Below are positions 21,003 through 31,356 of a stretch of DNA of 35,008 nucleotides, piece after piece (within the stretch, counting starts at the first letter, position 1; each line of letters begins with the position of its first letter). The notes below the pieces were generated by a model that had not been told where the DNA came from, searched no databases, and worked only from the letters and a program-made list of their open reading frames with translations. A program made the position numbers and the translations under genes. The stretch is from Amoeboaphelidium occidentale (lineage: Eukaryota). The DNA is taken from NCBI GenBank assembly GCA_023515795.1, contig JALGPX010000116.1, positions 1 to 35,008 of the forward strand, given 5' to 3'.

Positions 21003-23795
21003 TCAGTCGTCCCACTCATGATCTTCAACGCCTTCCATCAAGTCTTGCTTTAAAGGACCTGCTTCATCGTCTTCCTTTGCGTTTTGGAAAATTTCGTTCA
21101 AAAATTTCTTTTTCCTGTCATTATCCGACATTTGAAGGTCTTGAGCATTGTAAGAATATTTTGGAGGTGCTTTGACATCAGTAGGAGCTGCCGATAACTT
21201 TGTCATTGATGCAGGACACAAATCCAAATCTTTCTTTGGCAATACTTCTGTTCTGGCGGTAAAATACTCTGAAGCCGACATTGATGGATGCTCATAATCT
21301 CTGCATAATGGAAACAAATCATCTTGAAAATACTCTCTTCTTTGCCTTGGGACAGAAAAAGAGATGTTCTCAATAGAGTTTTGAGTAAGCCTAAAGCATC
21401 TTGCAACTTCCAGATCCTTAGCGTTCAAGTGTTTCCTGTTCACAAACTTAACTCCCTGTTGAATAGAACCGCCTGGAGCGTCATACTTCGGCAAGGGAAA
21501 CAGATCGTTTGAAGTGACTTCGATAGGCAAAATAAATGTATCTCCCTTGCCACAAAGATAGATTAATTTCGAATCTTCATCATAATGCGGAACGGCTGGA
21601 GAAGGAGAGATGTCCAACGATAGTTTGAATAGAGGCCCCGAGAACTGTCTCTTATCAAACAAGAACATTTCCCTCTGACTTTTGTTAAATCCAGTGGATA
21701 CCAAATAGTTAGAATCAGCGTAAACAATTCTGCAACCTCTCAAGCCTTCGTGACTTTGTGTTGATGAGACAGGTGAACCTTTTCGAATGTCCATAATTCT
21801 TATTTGTCTATCTTTGCTTGCAACACCCAATAGAAATTCGCCGCCATCACGGTCAAAATCAACACCGAATACCGCATCAGGAACTTCAAATCTTGCTTTT
21901 TCTGTAGATGAACTCAAATCCCAAATTTTAATGCAACCTGCTTGCTGAGAACCTTGTTCCGTAGCACTAGTAAGTAATAATCCATCAACGTAAGGATGGA
22001 ATCGACACAAATTGATTCGATTATTGTGAGCATTGAAGCTGAAAGCAGGCTCTTGTTGAACTGATGGGTTTGCTGTGACAGCATTCGCATTGAATCCTCT
22101 TATTTTTCCATCTTCAGTAGCAGTTACTAACAGTTCAAATGGAGCAAAATTGGTAATCGCCATATCACATAACTCACTTCCAGATGTAATAGTAGGGACA
22201 TTAAGACCCACGCGCCTCGGCTTATCTGCTTCTAATACAGTCACTCGGCCACCACTCCCACTTTGAGGGAAAATCAAAAACTTTTTGTTTCCTTCTAGAA
22301 AGTTGGACTCTCCAGACACTTGATAGTTAAGATTTCTGACATCTTCGAAATGTTGACTCTGATGTAACGGCTTGCCTTGAAGATAGCGGTAGCTTGATGT
22401 TCGAATACCCGCCAGAACCGCAGCTGTTTTGTTTGAGATCTTACGCTCAGGTTGAGCTTGAGGAGCAGCCAGTTCAGAAGGACTATTCTCAGATTTAGCT
22501 GGTGCGACACTGGTAGGCTGTTTGACACTTGTTTCCTGTTTTGGACCTTCCGCAATAGTCATTTGTGTGTCAGTCTTTTCATGACTGTCGGATGAAACCA
22601 AGTTTCCTTTACTTGGATCCAAACTAAGTTTCTTCAACTGATAATTTTTCCTTTCAAGCCACTGTGAAGATGTCAGTTCAGTATGGTCATCATCGACTAG
22701 AGGGAATAAATCCTCGTGAAAATCTCTGTAAGACTTTCTTGGAACTTGATACGACACTGGAACAATAGTATCATTTGAAATACATAGCAAACGATTAATT
22801 TCTGCTTCCATGACATTCAGGTTTCTCTTATTAACTAAAGTTGCTCCAGATATCGGACCGTTAAGCATCATGTTCTGACCATCAATGAAGTGTGGTTCAC
22901 CAGTTGGTGATAATTCAAAAAACTTCAAAGAACTTTCTCCTTTTGAATACAAGTAAACCAAATTTGTGTCATAATCAAACAATGGAACCAATTGACTGGA
23001 ATTTGAATCAAATTGGATCCTCTGCAAAGGAGAAAACAAGTTTTTTGTGTCATAGAACGCCATTTCCTTCTGTCTGATCTGATTAACAAAAGTAACAAGC
23101 AGTCTATCTTCGGATACAAATAACACCCTCGAACTCTTTTTGGAAGCGGAGAGCTGCAGTTTCATTGATTCTTTTGCGCCATTATTGTTACGTGGATCAA
23201 AAACCCTAACTGCGGAATCCTTACAAGATGAAGCCAACAAACTACCGCCATTACTACGACACCAAGAAAACGAGTAAATATGATCAGAATGTTCCAAACC
23301 AATAACTTCCTTTTCTGCAGACAAATCAAATAATTTTAAACAGTTTGCGCCAGAAGCTGCTACTAAGCGATCAGCAGTTGGATGAAACCCAACAGAGTCG
23401 ACCTTTTTAGAAAATCCATTAATCGAAACAGAAGGATTATTCAAAGATTCTGTGAAATTCGAAACATCCCACAAACTAACTGAACCATTATCGCCACCAG
23501 ACAAGAGCAAATCATCATTAAACGGACTAAACTCAAAATCCATAGAGTTCGTAGATATCAGGACAGGCGACTTTGACTGCTTTCCAGTAGAGTTTAACTT
23601 TAAAAGTGACAAGTAGCCACCAGGCCCAGAATGCTTGTAAGCGATCCATTTCTTGCTGGTAGCGATCGAATTAGAGGCTTCCGATGCTGATGAGGTTATG
23701 GCCAAATCGTAATAGGAATTCTCTTTCTTGGCCTGTTTACCAACGGAATGACGATACTTGCTCGTAGTCAGATTTTTCTTGAGGTTGTAAGACAT
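21003..23795 (-). CDS. CORO7: Tandem coronin (coronin-7-like)
   Basis: Two coronin WD40 units (SKYRH..FSPF..FHP..VPRKSYRDFHEDLFP and SSYRYL..FHP..VPRQRREYFQDDLFP). Ends in an acidic Trp tail, EGVEDHEWDD. Confidence 0.9.
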   Translation of the reverse strand: MSYNLKKNLTTSKYRHSVGKQAKKENSYYDLAITSSASEASNSIATSKKWIAYKHSGPGGYLSLLKLNSTGKQSKSPVLISTNSMDFEFSPFNDDLLLSGGDNGSVSLWDVSNFTESLNNPSVSINGFSKKVDSVGFHPTADRLVAASGANCLKLFDLSAEKEVIGLEHSDHIYSFSWCRSNGGSLLASSCKDSAVRVFDPRNNNGAKESMKLQLSASKKSSRVLFVSEDRLLVTFVNQIRQKEMAFYDTKNLFSPLQRIQFDSNSSQLVPLFDYDTNLVYLYSKGESSLKFFELSPTGEPHFIDGQNMMLNGPISGATLVNKRNLNVMEAEINRLLCISNDTIVPVSYQVPRKSYRDFHEDLFPLVDDDHTELTSSQWLERKNYQLKKLSLDPSKGNLVSSDSHEKTDTQMTIAEGPKQETSVKQPTSVAPAKSENSPSELAAPQAQPERKISNKTAAVLAGIRTSSYRYLQGKPLHQSQHFEDVRNLNYQVSGESNFLEGNKKFLIFPQSGSGGRVTVLEADKPRRVGLNVPTITSGSELCDMAITNFAPFELLVTATEDGKIRGFNANAVTANPSVQQEPAFSFNAHNNRINLCRFHPYVDGLLLTSATEQGSQQAGCIKIWDLSSSTEKARFEVPDAVFGVDFDRDGGEFLLGVASKDRQIRIMDIRKGSPVSSTQSHEGLRGCRIVYADSNYLVSTGFNKSQREMFLFDKRQFSGPLFKLSLDISPSPAVPHYDEDSKLIYLCGKGDTFILPIEVTSNDLFPLPKYDAPGGSIQQGVKFVNRKHLNAKDLEVARCFRLTQNSIENISFSVPRQRREYFQDDLFPLCRDYEHPSMSASEYFTARTEVLPKKDLDLCPASMTKLSAAPTDVKAPPKYSYNAQDLQMSDNDRKKKFLNEIFQNAKEDDEAGPLKQDLMEGVEDHEWDD

Positions 23796-23856
23796 CTCCA
23801 AGTTACAATAAGAATTGTGGCTGAGCTTGTTTCAACTGCCAGAAAAAATATTTCTA

Positions 23857-24369
23857 TTACGGCGCAGTCATTGCCACGCTCAATACAGCCATTAAACCAC
23901 AAAATACGAATGATACTGAATTAATAGATGAACTGTTTTCACCTTCATCGTCAAAGCTTCCTTTCTTCGTGTTAACAGGCGAAATATCAGAAGGACTCGT
24001 GGTGTTCTTCATCACAGAAGCATCCAAGTTGCCACATTTCCATTGAGCGCTACAACTATCGATACAGGACTGATCACCAGCTGCTTGTTTAGAGCATCTC
24101 TCATTGCACTCTCTCAAGCTTCCTTGACACTGAGCGAACACAACAGGGAAAGTCACTTGTTTATCAGTAGGCACGCTTCCATCAGCACAAACACATTCCC
24201 ATTGCATGGACTGTGAGCTACAAGTGTTCTTTGTAACTTTCTTTTCACAGATTTCTGAGCATGTGGCTCTCTGATTACTACAAAGTGTTGATCGTGTCCC
24301 TGCTGGTTCCTTGGTCAGATCAAAAGCCAAAGCAAAAGTAAATAACAAGGATAAATAAAGAATCTTCAT
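23857..24369 (-). CDS. Small secreted Cys-rich, probably GPI-anchored surface protein
   Basis: Signal peptide MKILYLSLLFTFALA, multiple paired Cys, Ser/Thr linker, small-residue omega region (NSSS) and a hydrophobic C-terminal tail. Confidence 0.75.
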   Translation of the reverse strand: MKILYLSLLFTFALAFDLTKEPAGTRSTLCSNQRATCSEICEKKVTKNTCSSQSMQWECVCADGSVPTDKQVTFPVVFAQCQGSLRECNERCSKQAAGDQSCIDSCSAQWKCGNLDASVMKNTTSPSDISPVNTKKGSFDDEGENSSSINSVSFVFCGLMAVLSVAMTAP

Positions 24370-24488
24370 TCAGCAGAAATCAGGCTTTTGTGATACCAAG
24401 ACGTTCTGAGAATGCACTTGTGAAACGATCGTCGATCATACATTTCGCGCTGTTCCGCAACTACGTAATCAACTCGAATATTTCACAA

Positions 24489-25533
24489 ATGATATTTTCA
24501 ACAGAATTAATTCCTAACTTGACAGGTAAAATCGCAGTTATAACCGGAGCCAATACCGGAATCGGTAAGATCACTGCGCTGGAATTTGCAAGGAAAGGTG
24601 CAACGGTTATCATGGCTTGCCGCTCCAAGGACAGAACTTTGCCTGTTGTTGAAGAGATTAAAAAGGCTACTGAAAATGAAAAGGTCGAGTTTGAGGAGTT
24701 GGATTTGTGTTCGTTGCAGAGTGTAAAGGACTGTGCCAAGAGGTTGCAACAGAAGTTAAGTGTCATTGACATTTTGGTCAACAATGCTGGCGTCATGATG
24801 ATTCCAAAGTTCGAAACTACCAAAGATGGTATTGAAATGCAGTTTGGAACAAACCACATTGGGCATTACTACTTGACACGTTTGTTGCTGCCTCTTGTTA
24901 AGGCCTCAAAGGAAGGACGCATTGTGAATGTATCTTCTTTGGCACACACAGGTGCTGATGAGAAGAAGTTTGACTTTGAGAAGATTAATGATCCTGCTGC
25001 TTATGGCTCATACTCCCNNNNNNNNNNNNNNNNNNNNNGGACGCATTGTGAATGTATCTTCTTTAGCACACACAGGTGCTGATGAGAAGAAGTTTGACTT
25101 TGAGAAGATTAATGATCCTGCTGCTTATGGCTCATACTCCCAATATGCGATTTCAAAGGGTGCAAACATTTTGTTTACCAAAGCTTTGGCAAGACGCTTG
25201 AAAGACAGCCCAAATATTTATGTCAATGCTATTCATCCTGGTGTTGTTGCTACTGAGTTGGGAAGATATATGGTGAGTCCGTGGTTGATGAGCTTGTTGT
25301 CACCTATCATGTCTCTCTTCTTGTTGTCACCTGAGAAGGGAGCATTGACTCAGATGTACGCTGCTACTTCTGAGGACATTGTCAAACAAGGGTACAAGGG
25401 CAGATATTTCATTCCTTATGGTGACGAAGAAAAACCAAAAGAGTACACCGATAACGAGAAGCTACAGGAAGATCTCTGGGAATACTCTGAGAAGTTGGTA
25501 ATTGAGAAGTTGGGCAAGAATGCTTTCAAATAA
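24489..25533 (+). CDS. Short-chain dehydrogenase/reductase (retinol dehydrogenase-like); interrupted by a gap artefact
   Basis: VITGANTGIG, NNAGVM, FGTNHIGH, RIVNVSS, catalytic YAISK and IHPGVVATEL. A 103-bp duplicate flanks the 21 Ns. Confidence 0.9.
24915..25141. repeat. 103-bp direct duplication flanking an N gap (assembly artefact)
   Basis: 24915-25017 matches 25039-25141 except one TTG/TTA synonymous difference. Ns occupy 25018-25038. Confidence 0.9.
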
Positions 25534-25685
25534 TGCGATCAATATACAATTTTGCCTTTAATTCCCGCTCATTACACGGTTTTGAGAATCTGAAACATTT
25601 GTCTCTACACAATCGAATCATAATTCGTGTGATCTGAAGTGAAACAAGACTCTTTGCGCATTCGAAACGATCAAATCTTGTCCAA

Positions 25686-26345
25686 ATGATAACTGGTTAC
25701 GCTGATATGAAAGAGATGGTCAAGCTAGAACGTAAGATAAAGGTGCAACCATCACCTGCGGTCGTTTTTGCTAGGCAGTATGCGTCCATGAAGGGAATTC
25801 AAAAGGTTGATTACAGAAAGTTAGTTGCGCACAGAGCATTGCAAAGAAGAGGCTTTGATAGTCTGCTCGAGATGATCATATATCAAATTCAGAGGGATGA
25901 TTTAAAAACAAGAAACATGTTTCAGAAACCCAATGAAACCGCGATTTTCTCACCAGTTCAGGCGCCACCTCTTCAGACTCTATCTGACAAGGAACCATCT
26001 GAAATCGAAAATACTGATCACTCCAACAAGGATACTGTTATCGACATGAGAAACATGATACAAAACAAGATCTACGAAGAGATTCCACAGCTTTTGCATG
26101 ACCCAGCTGGAACCGATATCACAGAAAACGACGACGATATGGATGTTTGCTTTAGCGATTGCGACACGATCGAAAAACAGCAAGGTACTAATCTTGTTGT
26201 CGTAGAATGTGCTGAGGTTGATCAAATATCTGCACAGGAATCCCTTGGATTTCCATCTCAACTCAACTTCACTCAGCTCAACGGAAAGAAGAAAGTTAAT
26301 GGACCCGCTAACTCAGAAAAGAGAGAACGCAAAACAACACTCTAA
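25686..26345 (+). CDS. Hypothetical protein, 219 aa
   Basis: ATG-initiated ORF that fills the space between SDR and RPL6 and is followed by AATAAA. No recognisable domain. Confidence 0.55.
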   Translation: MITGYADMKEMVKLERKIKVQPSPAVVFARQYASMKGIQKVDYRKLVAHRALQRRGFDSLLEMIIYQIQRDDLKTRNMFQKPNETAIFSPVQAPPLQTLSDKEPSEIENTDHSNKDTVIDMRNMIQNKIYEEIPQLLHDPAGTDITENDDDMDVCFSDCDTIEKQQGTNLVVVECAEVDQISAQESLGFPSQLNFTQLNGKKKVNGPANSEKRERKTTL

Positions 26346-26579
26346 AAGAATATCAATAAACGCTTTCGAATTATTAGATTAGAGTGGCAACCAAGCGGTA
26401 GGTGATCCTATGAAATGGAGAATGAAGGGCTTAAGCTGATAATTCAGACAGGCCACGTGTGATACCAACTATTAACGCTCTTTTAGTGAACCTGAAATAT
26501 CGCTGGAACCGAAAGTTCAAAAAATCCAGCGCGACCGAAGCTGCCGATCAAAAGAAAATTTTTTGTTCACAACTTGAAG

Positions 26580-26647
26580 GTAAGAATACATCACCATCCT
26601 CCGACCTCTGGAGTTTTTCAAGAAAGAGCCGATATTAACATTTGAAG
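26580..26647 (+). other. Probable 5'-UTR intron of RPL6 ending immediately before the ATG
   Basis: Donor AAG|GTAAGA at 26580, branch-like ATTAAC, acceptor GAAG|ATG at 26647. Confidence 0.6.
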
Positions 26648-27259
26648 ATGTCACCAACCGTAGAAACAAAAACTGTTAAAGTTGGCGGAGCAAAGAACGG
26701 AGGTACCCGTGTCGTCCCTGTGCACAAACCTCCAAAGTTCTACCCAGCAGAAGATGCACCAAAGCCAAAGAAGTGCCGTAAGGTCGCTAAGCCAACCAAG
26801 CTACGCAAGACAATCACCCCTGGAACCGTCTTGGTCTTATTAGCTGGAAAGTATCGCGGCAAACGTGTTGTTTTCATCAAACAGCTTCCATCTGGACTTC
26901 TTTTGGTCTCTGGCCCATTCGCAGTCAATGGAGTTCCTTTGAGAAGAGTTAACCAGGCTTACGTTATTGCAACTTCAACAAAGGTTGATATTTCATCTGT
27001 TCAGATTCCTGAATCAGTCACAGACGCATTCTTCAAGAAAGAGGAAGCCAAGAAGGACAAGAAGCCTACTGAAGAAGGTATGTTCGAGAAGGACGGAAAG
27101 AAGGAGAAGAAGGAGATCCCAGCTGCACGTAAAGAAGTTCAAGCTCAGGTTGATAAGGCTCTAGTCAGTGCAATCGACAAAGTTGAACATTTGAGAGATT
27201 ATATTCGCGCACCATTCACATTGACCAGAGGACAGTTCCCTCATAAGTTAGTTTTCTAA
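26648..27259 (+). CDS. RPL6: 60S ribosomal protein L6 (eL6)
   Basis: [58 protein letters not shown] and FPHKLVF. Confidence 0.97.
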   Translation: MSPTVETKTVKVGGAKNGGTRVVPVHKPPKFYPAEDAPKPKKCRKVAKPTKLRKTITPGTVLVLLAGKYRGKRVVFIKQLPSGLLLVSGPFAVNGVPLRRVNQAYVIATSTKVDISSVQIPESVTDAFFKKEEAKKDKKPTEEGMFEKDGKKEKKEIPAARKEVQAQVDKALVSAIDKVEHLRDYIRAPFTLTRGQFPHKLVF

Positions 27260-27299
27260 GGTGCGATCATAATAAAAGCCATGCGTGAATACTAACAAT

Positions 27300-30206
27300 C
27301 TATTTTGTTACAGACTGTTGAGCTACCTTCGAGGCAGCCCGCTGAAGCTCTTTTTGACGCTCACGTTCTTCCATCATCTCTTGATAAATACAGATTATGC
27401 TGCAGCAACTAACACCATCCTTTTCCTCGTCAGCGAGAACAAACAGCCTATAGCCAGACCGCACAAACAAGAATCCCAGCTCCTTGATTCTGTCCTTCTT
27501 TGTTTCAAAAATATGAATAATCTTGCTTGTCTCCAAATTCCAAATGTCAACATTTGAAGGGGAACCAGTAATAAGCAGATTGACAAGCCGAGAATCGCTC
27601 TCAGAATACTTGTCGGGATTTGTCGATGATGCACTTGCAAAGGATCCTACAGATAATCGACTTTGTTGTTGTTGATTATTCAATTTCATGCAGCCAGTAA
27701 GTTTGGCGGCAAATGTTAAATTTCCTTGTCTCCATGTCATACGCTTAATTTCTTCGTGAGGTGTGTCTGCAAAACTCATTATCCCAAGATCTAAAAAATG
27801 AAACAAGTAGACATGATCACTTACTCTCATAACAGAACACTAGCTGTCCGTTTCCAATATTGATTACTTGCACAGGTTTACCATATTCTTTCTCGTGCTT
27901 CATCTCATCTGTTGCTCCTGTTATAAGATCCAGTATTCGGAATCCAGATTTTTCTGTTGTGTAGTAAAGCTTCACAGAATTCTTTGATCTTTCTACCACT
28001 TCAAGACTTTTAACTTTGGCGTCTGCGACAAATTCCTTGACTTTCATAAACTTCCAAAGAGGCTGCGGTGCCCATTTCATCACCAAGATATTCTTTCCTT
28101 TCGCAACGTTGAGATAAATGTCTGTCGCGTCAACTTCATTCTCTCCGTTTGTACTAATAGTATAGAAATCACATTGTCCTGCTTCTTTAAGTTTCTTAAC
28201 TTTTGTTACTTCTTCAAAATTCTTTTTCAACTTCTCGCCAGCTGCAGCACTATTCAATCCTTTGACTGTGCTTGGATCGTGATGACATATAGCGTTTTGC
28301 TTACCACTTCTAGACATGAATCCAACATCTGCAATATAATCCATCTGGTTATACTTTCTGGTACTTAGAGGAATCATTTTTGGATTCTGAGCATCTTCGG
28401 TATCAAAGAGGAAAAGGCCTTCATCAAGAGAAATGAGTAGCAAGTCATCCATGTAGTGAGCACCTAGTACTTTTCTTCCAAGTCTACAGACTCTTGATGC
28501 TTTGAAAATAATGGGAGCTGCTTTCTGCATGGTTCCCGAAGGAACTGACATACTTGATGCAGCCGCAGATGGCGGAAGAGGATTAGATTCTCTCACTTTA
28601 GGTGCAGTAGAATTCGTCATTGCAACAGGAGAAGTAAAAGTACTAACGTCAGCAGCTACTGTTGATTTTGCTGGTTGACGGCGCATTGTAGTATTCTTGT
28701 CCAGATTAAAGGATTCTAATGTGCTTTCCTTTCTAGAAGCAGAGACTTCAGCTCTGACAGAATCCACAGACGCATTATGTTTCATAATTTGTGGATCCGC
28801 TTGACTACTAGTTGGATTTGCAGCACTTTTCGAAGGAGAACTTGTTTCGTCGACGTTTGAACGCATAATTACAGATCCACTTACAGCAGAAGTTGTTCTT
28901 GCAGGTCTCACGGTGCCACTTTTTTCAGCTGCTTCTTGAGAAGCATTAGCGGTACTTGGTGGTTTCTCTTTCCTTATCGTTCCTGCAGATGGCTGTTCTT
29001 CGTCGTCATCTAAATCATCTGAAACTTCTTCGATTGGTTCCATATCCTCTTCTTCATCATCAGATAACATGTTACTTAGAGCTGATCTAACAGTATCCAT
29101 TCTTAAGTGTTTAGATCGTTTTGATCTTTCAATTAGATCAATGATAATTGCAGCTGCTCTTGGATTCGGAGAGACAAATTTATGCTCGAGAAGCTGTTCT
29201 GCAGATGGCCTAACATCTGGATCTTTTATCAAGCAGAGAGCTAGGAATTCATGGAATTCGCCGGACCACTTGGACTTCTCTTTGAGAGTAGGAGAAGGAG
29301 CTTTTGGAATCGTGAATAGAACTCTCATGGGATGCATATCGAACATCGGAGGCGAACATTCAGCAATCTCAATCGCAGTAATACCCAAAGACCAAATATC
29401 AGCTTTGCAATCATAAGAAGAATTCTGTTGTTCTGCTGTTATAACTTCAGGAGCCATCCAATATGGAGTTCCAATGAATGTGTTTCTCTTGGAGAAGGTC
29501 TTTGTCAACTGCGTGGATACACCAAAATCAGCCAGCTTGATACCACCATTATCAGTTAGAAGAATATTTCCTGCCTTTATGTCTCTGTGCAGCTTGTTGC
29601 AAGAGTGCAGGAAAGCTAATCCTTGTAAAGTCTCTCTAACGATAATAGAAATCTCCTTTTCCGATAAATTGCTCTTAAGTGCTTTGTACAGTCCTTCACA
29701 TGAACCACCGCCACAGAACTCCATTACGATCTGAAACAATAAGTACTCATACAATAATTCACAGTGAAGTTACCCAGATCTGCTTTTCACCTTTAACTTG
29801 ACCCTTCTTCCAAAAGGAACCTCCATAACTCACAATGTTCTTATGAACACAACTCTGTAGAAAGTTGACTTCATTCAATACTTCATCCAATTCTTCTCCT
29901 GGTTCTAGCTTGATGATTTTTACTGCGACGATTTCTGCAGTAGACAAAGACCGGCCCTTCAGACAACGTTTAGACCGAATTCCTCTGGGCAATTACCTTA
30001 AATACTTCTCCATAAGATCCTGTTCCAATGATCTCAACTAATTGGTACAGTTTCTCTGGATCATCTCTGTTGATTGTAATTTTCCTGCCTTGACTTCCAG
30101 CCGTAATTTCCAGTGTCTTAGAGAACGATGATGAAGTACTCGAATGGGATAACATCTGTTCACTGTTGGGCGTTGTAGCGCCGCTAATTGGAGCAGAGTC
30201 AGACAT
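27300..30206 (-). CDS. STE20/GCK-family (MAP4K-like) Ser/Thr kinase with a possible CNH-like C-terminal domain, 4 exons
   Basis: Introns 29996-29957, 29773-29731 and 27824-27791. IGTGSYGEVFK, VAVK, HRDIKAGNILL, DFG, the STE20 signature GTPYWMAPEV and DIWSLGITAIE. The C-terminal beta-rich domain (ILVMKWAPQPLWKFMKVKEF) is CNH-like by inference. Confidence 0.9.
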
Positions 30207-30402
30207 TTCTATAATCAGTGCAACGTTTCAGCGTTTGGAAACAGCGGCGCAGGTTTACGCCAAACAGACAGATGCAGATGATCGTAAGATCTAATCACAG
30301 CTGGATGTTCAGGGACTGCGCTTTAAATTGAAATTTAATGATCCAGCGTTCCTCTAAGGGATTTTTAAGCCTGAGCTCGCTCTGTGTAGTTTTATCACCA
30401 CT

Positions 30403-31317
30403 ATGATTTCACGCTCCTTTACCAGATTATTCGCTCGTGGATATTCCAATAGCACAAAGTTCACACCTCCAAAGCGTGTGAACTCTTTAACGTCATTCTT
30501 TGAAAAGAGCGTAAGTCTTTTGTGATATCCGTTCATACGTCATCGCTAAAGTCTATTCCAGAGTATCGAAGTCTTAGGGATCGATGGCTTAATCGAACTG
30601 ACGGAGAAGCGATTGTAAGTGATGACTATGAATTCCTGTGGATTATTAATTAATTTTATTCTGTAGCCGATAACATGGAGGACACTTGCCGTGACTTTTG
30701 GTTTTGCTGCCGGAGGACTGTACTATCTTGATTACGAAAAGAATCGCACAGCTGCAGAGAGGAAAGAACGTGAAGCTAAACTACAGAGAGCTCAGTATGG
30801 GAAACCTGACGTTGGTGGACCATTTAAATTGATCGATGCTGATACTGGTAAGGTTGTTACTGAGAAGGATTATGCTGGGAAGTTTATGGTGATGTACTTT
30901 GGATTTACCCATTGTCCCGATGTGTGCCCTGACGAGTTGGAGAAGATGAGTGTCGCGATAAGTAAGCTGGATAAGTTGGGTGTTGGAAATATGGTCGTGC
31001 CAATATTTGTGAGCGTCGATCCTGGAAGAGATACACCAGAGGTTGTCAAGAAGTATATCAAAGAGTTTCATCCGCGTTTCGTTGGTTTAACAGGAGACGA
31101 TGAAGAAGTTAAGAAGATTGCAAAGTTGTTTAGAATTTATATCAGCAAGAGTGATGTGGATAAGGACGGAGACTACTTGGTTGATCATTCTATTTTCTTC
31201 TTCCTAATGGACCCAGAGAATGGTTTCAAGGATTATTACGGTCGCAATGCTACTGCTGACGATATTGTCTCAGGTATACGAAAGCACGTAGAACAATGGA
31301 AAATGGACCATAAATGA
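30403..31317 (+). CDS. SCO1: Mitochondrial copper chaperone SCO1/SCO2, 3 exons
   Basis: Presequence-like exon MISRSFTRLFARGYS, introns 30511-30551 and 30615-30666, then PITW + TM, GGPFKL, YFGFTHCPDVCPDEL and DYLVDHSIFFFLMDP. Confidence 0.93.
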
Positions 31318-31356
31318 TAAATTTAAACGGAACAATAAATTGAAGTTGAAATAGTT

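Noticed and set aside
24915..25141. Apparent frameshifted SDR pseudogene
   Set aside because: The frameshift comes from the N gap plus a 103-bp overlap; the merged sequence is intact.
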